The notes below the pieces were generated by a model that was given only the letters and a program-made list of their open reading frames with translations, searched no databases and was not told the origin of the DNA. Both the position numbers and the translations under genes were made by a program. DNA of 64,000 bases, taken from Cirrosporium novae-zelandiae (lineage: Eukaryota). Positions 49,877 to 62,484 of this stretch are shown one piece after another. Within the stretch, counting starts at the first letter, position 1; each line of letters starts with the position of its first letter. The stretch lies in the NCBI GenBank assembly GCA_026023565.1, contig JAPETS010000045.1, forward strand, positions 62,001 through 126,000, given 5' to 3'.

Positions 49877-50172
49877 GATAGTGGTTTATTAGGCTGCTTG
49901 GAGAAGGGAAATAGGAATTGAGCTAGTAGTGTATTTTCTTGGACAAGAGATAAAAAAGACTTTGAGGGTCACTCAATTGAAGCAAAAAATAATGGTCAAG
50001 GAAGAAATCCACTATGACCTACATATCCTAGAAAAGTTATAGATACTATCTCCTCCTCTTTAGTTGAGTCAATTGATATGGGCATTGATTACGTAACTTG
50101 AGCGCGCAGTCACCTGACATGCTAACCGGATACAGAGGTCCAAGTTAAATTCTGAGGCTAGAAATCTGTTCA

Positions 50173-50255
50173 TTGACCGTTGACCACTGACCACTAAGCC
50201 ACCACTGACCACTAAGCCACCACTGACCACAGACCACTGACCACTGACCACTGAC
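50173..50255. repeat. Tandem array of a 7-bp unit (CTGACCA) with two 18-bp variants containing CTAAGCCAC
   Basis: ttgaccgttgaccactgaccactaagccaccactgaccactaagccaccactgaccacagaccactgaccactgaccactgac. Confidence 0.85.
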
Positions 50256-50329
50256 TATCATCTACATTTATACTCTTGTGAGCTGTGACTTATATTTACA
50301 TGTTAACTACCTAGTCGATCCAAGACCCA

Positions 50330-50371
50330 AAGCCAAGCCACCTAAGTAGACAGATTAGCTTGGCTTGGCTT
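50330..50371. repeat. Perfect 11-bp inverted repeat (hairpin)
   Basis: AAGCCAAGCCA (50330-50340) and TGGCTTGGCTT (50361-50371), with an inner CTAA/TTAG pair. Confidence 0.8.
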
Positions 50372-50954
50372 GTTTGGAAACCTGCCTAGTGAGACTTGTT
50401 CGTTCTCACTTGCAATTTCTATTATGCAGTGATTTTCAAAGAAACGAATGAAGGCATGTTATACGAGGCGGTTTATATCAGTCCTGACTTCTGAGCAATA
50501 TTTCAACATTTCCAGGGATCAGAAGCTGTGGGCAATATATGGTACCCACATTAGTACAAGCCCTATCCCGGGACATTCGATTACCGTTATACTCAAGTAT
50601 ATGTCAGAGTTAACTAGTCAGAAGCAGCTCGAGTTAAAAAGACTTAAAGTTACCTTGCTTGTCACGTTTCAAGTATATCGCCTTGTTTGGAAATCGCTCC
50701 CCCTGCCCACCTTGTTCAATTCCTCCAGATGAAACAAGCCAACTCTATATTAGTCTTACAAATCTGACAGATTTAGTCTAAGTAGATTTTCCAATACGAT
50801 ATTCTCAACTATCTAATTTACATAGGGAAAATAAGGATAATGAGGCCATTCCTCATCTCAGTTGCCATGATGCTCGTTGGGGCTTATATAAAGAAAATGA
50901 AGAGAACGTTTCGATATCTCCTTGTCCAATACACACCCTCAGCTTATCTTCGTC

Positions 50955-52220
50955 ATGTATATTCACTTTACTGTTGTTGCTAGTCTCATTGCCCTGGTGG
51001 CATCTACGACATGTCCACTATCTATTTCAATCTCTAACGCAACCAACCATATGCTTGACGTTACAGTGTCCAACACAGGAAACGAGACAATCACGGTTTT
51101 CAAGGGTCACACTGTTCTCAGCGGCGCTGCGACCGGAAACCTTGACATTGTCACTGAAAGTAAGTCGTGTTGCATCCCATGCATAAATTCCGTCTACCTT
51201 TGAATACATTTTTCTAAACTCTAGACTAGACGGCACCGACATCCCATACTCTGGATTGTTTATAAGATATCAAAAGAACAATGTCTCCAAGGACATGTTC
51301 GAAACCTTTGAGCCCGGCGAGAGCATCGCAACCACTATCAATGTTGCCCAAACACGCAAACTAGACAATGTTACCAGGGCAAGCTTGTCGGTCAAACAGA
51401 AGTTCCGATACGTTCTTGGTGATGAAGCACCCAGCTCGATTGACACCATGACGAAGTGTCCGACAGTAACCTCCCAAAATATAACCATCACGCCGGAACA
51501 AGCCACGGTCAAGAGGTAGATACGCATGGGCCCTTAGCCTTCCACTAACATTGCTGATATTCCACCTCTCAGAGACCACATCTCTTCCCGAGTCCCAGCC
51601 ACAAACCATCTATCAAAACGTGACGGCCTCACCATCGATAGCTGTACCGACGCGCAAGTCACTTCCCTAAAAACCACTGTCGGAAAAGTCAAGACTCAGG
51701 CCCAATCCGCCTACACCGCATCCCTCTCTACTAAATACTACTGGACTACGTGGTTCAAATCCACCAGCGTCCAGAGCAAAGTCGAAAGTATCTACAAAAA
51801 AGTCGTCAACGTCGAATCAATCGACCCGATTATTTCCTGCACTGATAAATACGATGCCTGCTCCGGCGCCATGCTGTATGCCACCCAAGACTCGAATTTC
51901 ATTTGTGTCTGCTCCGGACATGGGTACTGGGATCTTGATGAATATGCGGCCGATTGCGATTCGAGCGATTATGACCGCGTAGGAAGTGTTTTGCATGAGA
52001 TGAGTACGCTTTTCTTTTTCTTTTTCACTTCACTCCCTTTTTTGCCATATGATGCGAGATTTTCGTTGCTAACCTAACCTTTTTAGCTCATTTGTTCGGA
52101 ACTTCGGATCACGCATACGGCCGCGACGATTGCTTAGACCTAAGTGCCACAGAAGCTGCGGACAATGCCGATACGTATGAACTATACATGGAAAGCAACA
52201 GACTCGGGGGTTGTAAATAG
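50955..52220 (+). CDS. Secreted deuterolysin / neutral protease 2 (M35 aspzincin), 4 exons
   Basis: Signal peptide, prodomain, Kex2 site LSKR; HEM|TH (HExxH across an intron) followed by GTSDHAYG (GTxDxxYG) and NADTY. Confidence 0.9.
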
Positions 52221-53055
52221 AGTATACCCTGTATCCCTCCTGGCTTGAGGGGTATAGATAGACGGGGTGGAGTAATTGGATCCTGCCTTGAAGGCTCTAG
52301 AGACTTCTTTGTACATATTTACACAACTATCGATGGGACCTGTTAGATACAACACCCTACTTAGACATATAAAACACATATACATGACCAACTAAAAGGC
52401 ATTAAAAAAGTTCAGTAATGAATTAATTAAATTCTCCATCAACTTTATTTACTAAAGTAAGTTCAGCCTTAAGTTTTATTATAACCTAGAGATACATTCC
52501 CCCGGCAGTTACCTATCGATTCGCCAAGTAAATGGGTATACATACTGTAATTGTTATTGCTATTATTACATGGGAGGCGCAGGTAATTACCTATTTGGTA
52601 TGTATTCTAATACCATCTGGTTTAATTATCATAAGAATTTTATACCCTTGGGGGTTGGTTAGCATATAAAATAATCGATCCTTGCTAATTACTTTGGCTC
52701 TCGGTCGTTTTTATCTGGTATCTATCTATTACTTTGCTATTCATTATATTGTTATTTTTGTATAGCTATATATATTTTTAGTGGAACGTTCTCGATCTAT
52801 TCGTTCCCCCCTAAAAAATTAGCGAAAGTTCAGATTGTTTTCTCATGATTCTATTATTTTGTTTGGTTTTTTGGTTTTGATTTCTATTATTGTATGGTAT
52901 TTTAGTTAAGAGGATAACGAGGCTACAAAATATACCACTTTATCAACCGTCATTATCAATATTACTCTTATTTTGAGACACATTCCCCTAGTTCCCCCCT
53001 AAAACGATTTTGGAGACCGACGGGGGAAAAAAAAAGGGCATCAGCTTTCTTGTAG

Positions 53056-54172
53056 TCATAATTTTCCCTCTTTCGCAGGTAGAAATACTTCGGTCCAGAG
53101 ATCACTTGCATCTCCCAAGAAATAGCTCAAACTGACACCAGCCATTCCATCCTCGATTTTCTCGTCCATGGTTTCCAGCTGAGAAATGATGTTTTCCAGC
53201 CCAAAGGCTTTACCCGTGGCCTGGGTGCTGCCAGCTTCCAGCATCACGTTGACAACATGGATATGGAAATGGTAGTAGGTTGGCTGATCTGTTAAGGCTT
53301 ATTATATTAGAGAAAAGGTTCCAACAACAAAAAGTTCTTTGCGGGTGGTTTAGTTAAGTTTCTCACAGTGCAGATAGAGCTTCAGCTGATCCTTTTCTAG
53401 TTCCGGATACAACTTAATTGTGGCCTCGAGCAGTTTCTCGCGCATGTGGCACAACCATGGTATATGGCCCTTCCTCAAATCCCTCAAGCTCCAGATATCT
53501 CGTCTTAACACTAGTGCCAGTAAATGCAGTGAGGCCAGCGTCTTTCGATCCCAGTTGAGATCCGGAAGCATCAAAAATCCTTCCTCGCTGTCATTTCCAT
53601 TACCGCCAGAGTCTCGAAGTATTACATCCTCTTGTTCCGTCCTCCCCTCGAGAATGTTGAAAATCCAATTTAGCCTACCTTCATCCCGCTTTTGCTGCAT
53701 AAACGGTTTCACGTAGCCCCTGTATATTTCAGGTGTCTCGGTGACCATACGTAAAGTCTGCGCTGAATACTTCTTGATGTGCTGATCGGTGCATGGGTAT
53801 ATGAGATTTAGCTTTAGGTCGGCTGGTGTAGCTGTAGACGGGCCCGACGAAGCAAGATACCAATGGTAAATATCATTGGCGCCAAGGTTTTTAACTTTGC
53901 TTATGGAAGCATGGAATGCTTGTAGCAATTCCGGAGTAGATGGGAAGGCTGCGCGCTCGACAGTCAAGAGGGCTGGGGAATCGTCAATGGTTCCAACGAG
54001 CGTGATGCGTCTTCCCCCCTGATCTTTGGATAAGTATAAGTCACCATTACTGTATGTATAGAGAGGCTGGTAAAGAATCCAGATGGAAATTTCGGGGATG
54101 CTAACCCTGATTTAGTAACCGGTCAAGCCGGAATTTGCTGATCAGAACTTCAAAATTGGATTTATCGTCCAT
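53056..54172 (-). CDS. DCS1: Scavenger mRNA decapping enzyme (m7GpppX diphosphatase), 3 exons
   Basis: NDIYHWY, KLNLIYPCT..HIKKYS.Q, LNWIFNILEG, LPDLNWD, SLRDL, YLH|YQPTYYHFHIHVV (HIT-like). Confidence 0.93.
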
Positions 54173-54455
54173 TGTCAAAATCTAGATGTCTATATTAAAG
54201 ACATTGAAGACATCAAAAGTAGTGAGGATGTGAGTGGGATACAAAAATTATGGGTTCAACCGAAGGCTCATATCTAATCGTAGCGTTGACACCGTAATCT
54301 TACGTTCAAAACACTGTAATTACTTGGTAAAAAAATGGATGACAAGCTAGAAAGTAATACGAAAGAAAAATACAACGTAAAACCTACATCCACCTCTTAT
54401 TTCAAATTGAATATCTAAATAGATATAGACCCATAATTGAATTTTGGTCCATTAT

Positions 54456-55670
54456 CTATCCTCCATTCTTGATAATATCCCTCACCTTCTCTGCCAGCGC
54501 ATCCTCATTTATTGCCATAGTATTAATTCTTACACCTCCATTCACCTTCCTCACATAATGCTCACGTGTTAGCCACTGACCTATTTCTCTGTTACTACTC
54601 TGCCCCTTTAATGCCTTGTTGATAAGTTTCTTGGCCCTTACATAGAAATTCTCTCTCCTCTCATCAAGAAAGCTTCCACCATGAAGCTCAGCACCTAGCA
54701 TCATCGCCTAGGCATTTAAAATCACGTAAATCCCGCAAGTTGGATCTGAACCCTGCGGTGGACATTTGGCTGACTCCTCCTTAAAACGTACATTCGAAGG
54801 GGAAATAGAGCTGGGCAACCATTTACTGTTTATAATAACCCGCTGCGCTGCAGCTTTCCGTTCCCCAGAGCTCACCGTATATGGGGCGCTGTCCAAGAAT
54901 GTGAGCCTTATAGTATGGTGACCCGGGACAGTGGACGCAATGCACAGTGAATGATGGTTTTCACCGGCGTTAGATGCTACTGGTAGAGTAAGAGGGATTA
55001 TGAATGGAAGATCAAGGCCTCGACCGACGCATGGAAATGCGTTGAGAAAGTGAACGTCGATGTCCGTGCTAGCTGCGGTAATAGTGTGATACATTGTTGT
55101 AGTCCCAAACGCAAAATTAGGAGAATGCATATACAAAGGTATCCATAGGGAAGCAATGGCACAGATAATATCTTCGTCGGTGAGAAGCCCGGAACGAGAT
55201 ATCTGGTGAGGTTCTAGGCCATGCGGGGGAGAACTGCGGCATGTTGACGAAGAGGATGAGCACGAGCATGTTGCTCTATTTAAGGGAGCTGGGGACCGAG
55301 AGCTGCTCGTACTTCGATTTCGGGTTGGCCAGGTCCGGGTATAAAAATCTGATTCTTGGGATCGGATCAGACTTCGGCTTCTTGATGGTCGAGGACTATT
55401 CCGCCAGTTATCTTGCAAATCTAGATACAGAGGCCAATTATCACAATAATAGAATCGGTCTCGAACTTCACTATGCGGAGGAACTCTGTATGGCTGAAGT
55501 TGCGGTCTATGTTGTGCAATCATTCGTGGATATCGTGGTGGATATCGTGTTGGCCATGGACCTTGTAAACAATTCCCATAGCTACCCATAAAAATCCCAG
55601 GTCGAAATATTGGTGGTACGAAAGGGTACCTGTACTGTCCGTTTCCTTGGGAGTGGCTGTAAATTGACAT
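54456..55670 (-). pseudogene. Ulp1/C48-like cysteine protease interrupted by one in-frame TAG (54708-54710)
   Basis: FIIPL...NHHSL, TFLDS, CPPQGSDPTCGIYVILNA*AMMLG. The 320-aa and 82-aa ORFs are in the same frame, separated only by TAG GCG. Confidence 0.65.
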
Positions 55671-56428
55671 TGTGAAGACAAGGACTTAATAATGAAAAGG
55701 GTAAGTTGATGATAGTACAATTGAAAACATGTCTAAAAGAGTTAATTTTATAGATTCTTATTACATGAGTTTGGTCCCTTCTGTTTGCAGCATATCAGTG
55801 GAGATCGTCATAGCCCTGTTGGATTGGTGGTTTGTTTGCTGCTCCTTAGTCCAGGTCTAGAATATTTCTTTTTTGAGCACCGACGAACAATGGTTTAATG
55901 GTTACTCGATTCCTGCCCGACCCCATTAATGCCAGTAATAAAATTCCCCGGACCCCACAGCACGGGATTTTGCAGCTGATATCGTCAACGCCTGAAATGG
56001 TCTGCTGAAGATCTATTCCCAATATGCCAACGCATTTTGAAAACCATGTCGTTTATGTCAGTCAACCATCCATATATCCACGTCACCACTTTCAACCGAG
56101 TATCAGATCTAGCTAATTCGGGAGAACTGCTTTCCTTATAGCCTGATAAACCAGACTGCTTTTTAAGTTAATCGCTTCCGTATTTCGCATCCGGGAGACC
56201 ATGAAGAAACATAAAATCTGGAAGCAGGTTGGGGTTCCATTAGAACTGACACGTAGTATATAGCTTTTTGCATAAGCCTCCTCGCATATTGATGAAGTGA
56301 TTAATTTGCTGGAGTGGTTTAGCCCGTATGACCGTGGCGAAAATAGGCCGGCTCGATATCCGTTAATGGAAGCCAAACAGAAAGGGAGAATAGCCGTACC
56401 CAGCTGCCCTTTTTCCGAATCTTAGTGC

Positions 56429-57874
56429 CTAAACCATTACTCTTCTTAGCCCCTCTTTACCACCCAATACCCTTCGTCCTGTAACAGCACATCTTCCCTT
56501 GCCGCTTTCCCACTTTCCCTCTCGACCCCGCCTTTGCTTGTTCTCATCCTCATCTTCTACCCCTGTATCTGGCATTGTATTATCATTATCGCTGTCGTCA
56601 TCACCCCATCCTTCGCCACCTCCTCCGGCCATAAACTCTTCTTGCCGTTCATGCACACCATCAACCCAGCGGAAAATGCAGCCGTAACAATACACATAAC
56701 CTGTCTGGCAAGCTGTCGGGGTGACAACTGGGCGTAAACAGATTGGACAGAGATGGGACGTTGCAGGTGTAGGTGCTGGTACAGTCAGGATGGGAAGAGA
56801 CGTCAGTTTCGATATGGGAGCTGTGGGTTTGTGGAGAGATCCTGACGAAGGCTTTTCGATAGTAGACGAGCTTAGAGGATTGGTTTTCTCATTCTTTAGT
56901 GGTAAACCTGAAATGATAGGTGGAGGTAGGTCAAGAGTTTCTGTCGCCTTTCGAGATAGCTGTCGTGCAAAATCCGACGCGTGCCACCATTCGAGGAATT
57001 TGAGAGCGAAGATAGAGGTGGGAAGGAGAATTTTCAGGGATGAGAAGAGGTGGGAATAAACATTTGTAGGATGAAATACAGATGTATTGGTGTTAGGAGA
57101 GAGTACCTTAGCGCTAGCCGCTGCCTCAATGGCTTGATAATCGGTAGCGCTGAGGCGTCGTATGCGGGTTCCAATCAGCCACAGAAGAGGAGAAGAACAT
57201 TTGGTATTATCGAATAGGTATGCAAGATTGAAGAGGAGGATAGAGGCATAATATGCGCAGTTGATGGATGGATAGACCCTCCGGAGAAACCATTTATAGA
57301 AATGAAGCACACGCTGCTTCAAGGTCGGATTTGGAGGAAGCTGATCACGGTTGTAATTGGCCCCTAACAGTGTTGCTTGCGGGGCATGGATATCATAGCT
57401 CTCGTCAAGTTTCCGCTTCAGGTAAGGTATACCAACCAAAATAGCAAGATTCTTATAAACATCCGAAGGGCGGAGCTTTAATGTTTCACGAACAATAGAA
57501 GGGGTAGCAAGAGAAGCACGTGGGAGCTCTCCAGAGGGTATTCGAAGTATACGTTCGCGTTTGAGTCCGTAGAAGTTCTCGGTGAAGGAGCCAGAATAGG
57601 TACGAAGGAAATGGTGTTCGACAAGAAAGGAAAGAACAGCATATAGCTCATCGAAGGAGTTAAGGGCACGAAGGAGATAGCGTGGATGGCGGTGAGTAGC
57701 TACGGCGAGCAGATAACGGAGAGTTGGAGGTATTAAAGATGATAATTGTTGTTCAGAGCAGAGTTCTACGTAGCCATTAGAAATAGGAGATGAAGTTGAA
57801 AATGTGTTCAACATACCGAATAAGGAGGGTTTCTGAGGATCAAAGCTATCCTGTAGGTTAGACATAAACTCCAT
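56429..57874 (-). CDS. PEX12: Peroxin Pex12 (RING E3 ligase subunit), with a 51-nt in-frame intron at 57816-57766
   Basis: [46 protein letters not shown], degenerate RING CPIC...GYVYCY.CI...C.VTG. Confidence 0.93.
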   Translation of the reverse strand: MEFMSNLQDSFDPQKPSLFGMLNTFSTSSPISNGYVELCSEQQLSSLIPPTLRYLLAVATHRHPRYLLRALNSFDELYAVLSFLVEHHFLRTYSGSFTENFYGLKRERILRIPSGELPRASLATPSIVRETLKLRPSDVYKNLAILVGIPYLKRKLDESYDIHAPQATLLGANYNRDQLPPNPTLKQRVLHFYKWFLRRVYPSINCAYYASILLFNLAYLFDNTKCSSPLLWLIGTRIRRLSATDYQAIEAAASAKVLSPNTNTSVFHPTNVYSHLFSSLKILLPTSIFALKFLEWWHASDFARQLSRKATETLDLPPPIISGLPLKNEKTNPLSSSTIEKPSSGSLHKPTAPISKLTSLPILTVPAPTPATSHLCPICLRPVVTPTACQTGYVYCYGCIFRWVDGVHERQEEFMAGGGGEGWGDDDSDNDNTMPDTGVEDEDENKQRRGREGKWESGKGRCAVTGRRVLGGKEGLRRVMV

Positions 57875-58214
57875 TGTGAAAGATTAAATAATACAAGCAT
57901 CCCCTCCAACCTCTTTCGTGTCCTGGGATTCTTTTGATATTTGAATGAGGGTAATAAATGATTAGGCCTAAAGGAGCTTGTCAATATAATTTAACGCGAA
58001 CCTCGGCACATGTAAAAATGCCAAGAACCTTTCTTCCCCAGACTGACTCGCCAGACAGTTTTTGCGTCATTCAACCTTCAGCTAATTAATTCCATGTAAT
58101 TAATTTTAGTCTCATGCTGCCTGGCCCCTCAAGCTCACCTTAAGGTATTAAGGACTATATTCTTCAACCACCTCTGCGTTACATAGTAAAATAAACAATC
58201 TTCCGCATCTCATC

Positions 58215-59032
58215 ATGGCTGAATCCATTCAGGATGGATCGTTGCGCAAAAAGGCCTTTATGCCACTTGGTAAATTCAGTTGACTTCTAATCTACCCCAC
58301 TGTCTTTCTTTACTGATAGTTCCTTGTTTAGAAAACAACCCAGAAGTCATGTCTTCTCTTTTACACCAGCTAGGAGTTACACCCGACATAGCATTTACCG
58401 ATGTTTATAGTATTGAAGATAAGGACCTTCTTGCCTTCGTCCCTCGTCCAACTCATGCCCTCCTGCTGGTATTCCCAGTCAACCAAACCTACGAAAGGTT
58501 CAGGGCTATAGAAGATGCAGATAAACCCGAATATGATGGTTCGGGCGAGGGGGAAGAGGTCATTTGGTATAAACAAACCATTAGGAACGCTTGTGGATTG
58601 ATTGGACTACTTCACGCCATTAGCAACGGAATGGCGCGACGACATATTAAGCCAGACTCCGATCTTGCACAACTTTTGAAATCCGCTATCCCTTTAAAAC
58701 CGAAAGAGAGAGCCGAGCTTCTTTATGAATCCAAAGTTCTTGAATCAGCACACGAGACGGCAGCCACAAAGGGCGATACAGCAGCCCTAGCAGCTGAGGC
58801 CAGTGTGGATCTGCACTTCGTGTGTTTTGCCAAAAGTGAACAAAACCATCTGTGGGAACTTGATGGAAGACGAAAAGGTCCGTTAAATCGGGGCACATTG
58901 GATGTCGATGAAGACGTGCTCAGTGAAAAGGCCCTCGACCTTGGTGTTCGAAGTTTTCTTAAGAGGGAATCAGAAGCCGGAGGAGGAGAATTAAGATTCA
59001 GTCTTGTGGCTTTGGGACCTAGCTTTGATTAA
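58215..59032 (+). CDS. YUH1: Ubiquitin C-terminal hydrolase (UCH-L3/Yuh1, C12), 2 exons
   Basis: FMPL|ENNPEVM, KQTIRNACGLIGLLHA, DLHFVCF, WELDGRRKGP. Confidence 0.92.
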
Positions 59033-59803
59033 TCAAGTAGGCTGATTATCATAATGAGAGATGAATTCTCATGTTTAATATTTGAATGAAATAATAGATA
59101 GTTAAGAGTTACTTTGCAGTTAGGTCATGTAACTACTAGTAGTAGTCCCCACGTCTCAACTCTGCATCTGCCTTTCGAGGCGGTAATTAGCTAATATCCT
59201 AGAGCGGCTTAGTGGAATGAATATATGGGCGCTATGGGCAGCACGTGGGACTCTCGTCCTGATCTTTTGGTGATCAAAGCTCAACCATATTCAACTGAAG
59301 TAGAACAACGATAATAATGTCAAAAGAAGATTCAAGTGAGCACAACAAAATTAAAGAGCTCAGAGAAAGATGCTAATTAGTTAAATTAATATTGGTTTTC
59401 ATCTGTTGAACGCTGCGGGGTGGAAATCACTAAAAAGTCTATATCTATATTTCCTTTGATTTTTCTCTATCCTTCTTCTTTCGTCTTATTCGCTCCTTCT
59501 TTTCTTCACGGAATTTTTATTGGTATTTTGTGTTCTGCAGCTTCTCTTTAGAATCATGTGTTCCCTTCTTATTACTCCTATCTCCTTGGCAGCCATAAGT
59601 CTTTGGCTTGAGTCTCCTTCACAAGCTAGGAGTGAAGACGGTCAACCTAAAGGCTTACCTTAACCCTTCAAGCCTCCGCCATTTCTCTCCATGGCTTGCT
59701 TGCCATGCTATTCCTCGACATCTACTTTCACTTCTGAAATAAAAAGTCATCTCAATCCTTACTCGCTCAATCTGTTATCTCTATCCTTTAGTCGGCATGG
59801 AAA

Positions 59804-62122
59804 ATGCCACCAGTAGCGGCCTCCAGCAATGTCTCGCTCATTTCTTCCCTAAGTAATATTACCTCTACCTGGGACATATTCCTCGGCCCAGTTCTCCATT
59901 CGACAGCTAACCAAACAGTGGTCGATATAACAAACATTCCTACAACACCTCAAACTATTCAAATTATTGTTATTACACTAGCGAGCATCAGCCTGTTCAT
60001 TGCCATAGTGACCTTCCATTGGTTTGTCCGAATGAGAAAGCGGCTACGACATCGGTTCGAATTCACTGATTTTGTACAAGTTATATCGATGAATACTAAC
60101 ATATAGTAGTCTTGTCATGCTTCTCATAGCCAGCGGTGCCTTCAAAGCACTAGGATACCTTATCTTCCCTGCTTTTACTTTCACTCATGGCCACGTCTCA
60201 AGCAATTCCGGGTTCTGTCAAACGAATGGATTTTTCATTCTGTTTGCTAACGATGGTTCCGGTAAATATCCCTTCCTCTCTTATTTCAGTTATCTAACAC
60301 TAACATAGGCTTAGATTTTGCCGTGTTTGTTATAGCACTCCATTCTGTCCTTTATCTCTTCAAACCATCTGTGACCAGGACTGACGGAAGGCTCTATCGA
60401 TATCGCTATTTTGTCTACTTGCTTTGGATCATATATCCTGCATTGATGGGAACGCTTGCTTTCGTCAGTGACAGCAAGCCTTATGTGAATGTTGGTACAT
60501 TCTGTGACCTCCCTGTGAACCCCACGTGGTACCGCTTAGCGCTCAGCTGGGTTCCACGTTACATCGTATTCACCTTTAACTTTATGTCGGCTCTCTTCCT
60601 CTTCCTATATGTCAAGATAAAGATTTGCCGTTTCGACTCCGGGGGCTGTCGGCCAAACTCACAATCTACCATACCAGTACACCAGGTATCCAAAATGACC
60701 CCCCGACTCCGGAGTTATGGCTTTCTGACCCCAAACTTTGAGTATCATGGGCCGGCGTCCAATTCAATCTCAACCCAGATAGAATACTTCGCTTCTCGAA
60801 AGGAATCTCAAGTTTCCAAGGCCTCTAAAAAATCAAAACAGTTTGAGGATATTGATAACCCTCCACTAGGGGGCATAAAAGCGACACGATCTCAAAGTAC
60901 TAGTGTCCTGCCTGAGCCATCGTTTATACCCCGACGACCAAAGCTTGCCAAGTTTCGGAGGCTTGTTCAAAGTGATAGCTTTCTGTTCAATGTTCACAAA
61001 GACCCATACCAACCACGCCATATTGATGGACCTAAGTCGAAGTGGACGAACAATCAAATGATTGACCTCGACTCTCATGGCGATATTCGGAGAGATGTTC
61101 GGTGTGTCAGTATAGTTCTTCCAGTAGGATCAAAAAATCCAGAGTCAATCTCCAATGAAGACGGACAGCGCTTAGCTAATGGCCCAATAAGGGCTTTGAC
61201 TAGCTCTAGTACTAGTGAAATATCTGTTTCTATTATGCAACGAAACCCTTCTAGCCAGCACCCACGCAGAAGCGTTGTTACCCCTCCTCCATCAGAGCAA
61301 GGTGTTGCAGTCAGCATGGTCATTGCACCACGGTCCCACCTGCCAATCCATAGACAACCCCGCCACCAATCTGCAACGGAAAACAAGTCTTGGGGTTCAA
61401 ACCTTACTAATAATGTAGATTCCCTACGTCGATCCCGTGATACAATAAATAGCAGACTTGGCTTCCTCTTCATTTACCCTCTTGTCTACACACTTATGTG
61501 GATAGTGCCCTTCATCCAGCAATGTTTTTACTATAATTCCCATTATATCAAGTATCCCGTACTCCACAATTCAATTCTCATCATCCGGGCTTTACACACC
61601 ATGGTTGATTGTTTGGTTTTCTCAATCAGGGAGAAACCGTGGCAACGCATCAATAACTGCAATGAAACCTTCTGGGGAAGCTTGTACATCTGGAGAAAGG
61701 AAGATAATAGTAGTCGTGGCTCCTTTTATTCAGCTTTACCGGTGAACCATTTCAAGGAACTGCGGAAGACATTATGCGCCATTCTACATTTCCCGGTAGG
61801 CTGGATGCGCCAGAACAAGACAGCAGGTCGATCGAGTGCAGAAATGGATGATGACAGAGCAGTAGCGCTTAAAAGACTGGAATTGGAGACACTCAAGAGA
61901 GGACAGGGTCAAATAAGCAGAACTCATCATGCTAGGTATTGGTGGGATATATCTGATGAAGAAGAAGAGCCTTGGGAACGGAGGCATGGTCAATCTCAGG
62001 AGCATAGGGACAAGAAAAAGGAAAGCGATCCGTTTGGGGAGGGATATTGCAAGGATGGTAGAATGATCTCAATGGGCAAGAAGGACGAGTTGGTTCAGTG
62101 GGCACCCGTGTCATGGAACTGA
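59804..62122 (+). CDS. Git3/Gpr1-like G-protein-coupled (carbon-sensing) receptor, 3 exons
   Basis: FHWFVRM.KR.RH, FCQ.NGFF, C.LP..P.WYRLALSWVPRY, long third cytoplasmic loop, LFIYPLVY.LMW..PF, VDCLVFS.REKPW. Confidence 0.85.
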
Positions 62123-62484
62123 AAAGGCGTTTTTTAGGTAGCGGATACGTATTGGTTGTTGCATTTGGGAGTGTCACACAGCATTATACCCTATGGACGT
62201 TGCCGCATTGAGGATCCTAGCTTCAGGTATTTGAACTTGGTAGATATTATTCAAATTTTTATTTAGTATTGTCGTTAAAATGCCGCGCTAGGTTTAGGAA
62301 ATGGAGATAATTTGGAATATTACTTATATAAATATATGTCTAAATTGTTCAACTTTTATATATATATAATTTAACCTTTTTCATCAAACTATCTCTATAA
62401 GATAATGGAAAGGTTATAGATATTCATTCCTAACATTATCTAAACAAGAGGAGCTTATGAATACTCCAGATATCCCTATATCAA

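Noticed and set aside
50069..50251. 60-aa repetitive ORF (VVSGGL/VVSGQ) and a CRISPR-like look of the array
   Set aside because: It is the translation of a 7-bp tandem repeat; there are no unique spacers and the context is eukaryotic.
52803..53004. 14-bp direct repeat GTTCCCCCCTAAAA at 52803 and 52991
   Set aside because: Low-complexity sequence with nothing element-like between the copies; not enough to call a target-site duplication or LTR.
55720..56420. Possible small gene or gene fragment (87-aa ORF 56113-56376)
   Set aside because: Non-ATG start, no recognisable motif and no convincing splice model.
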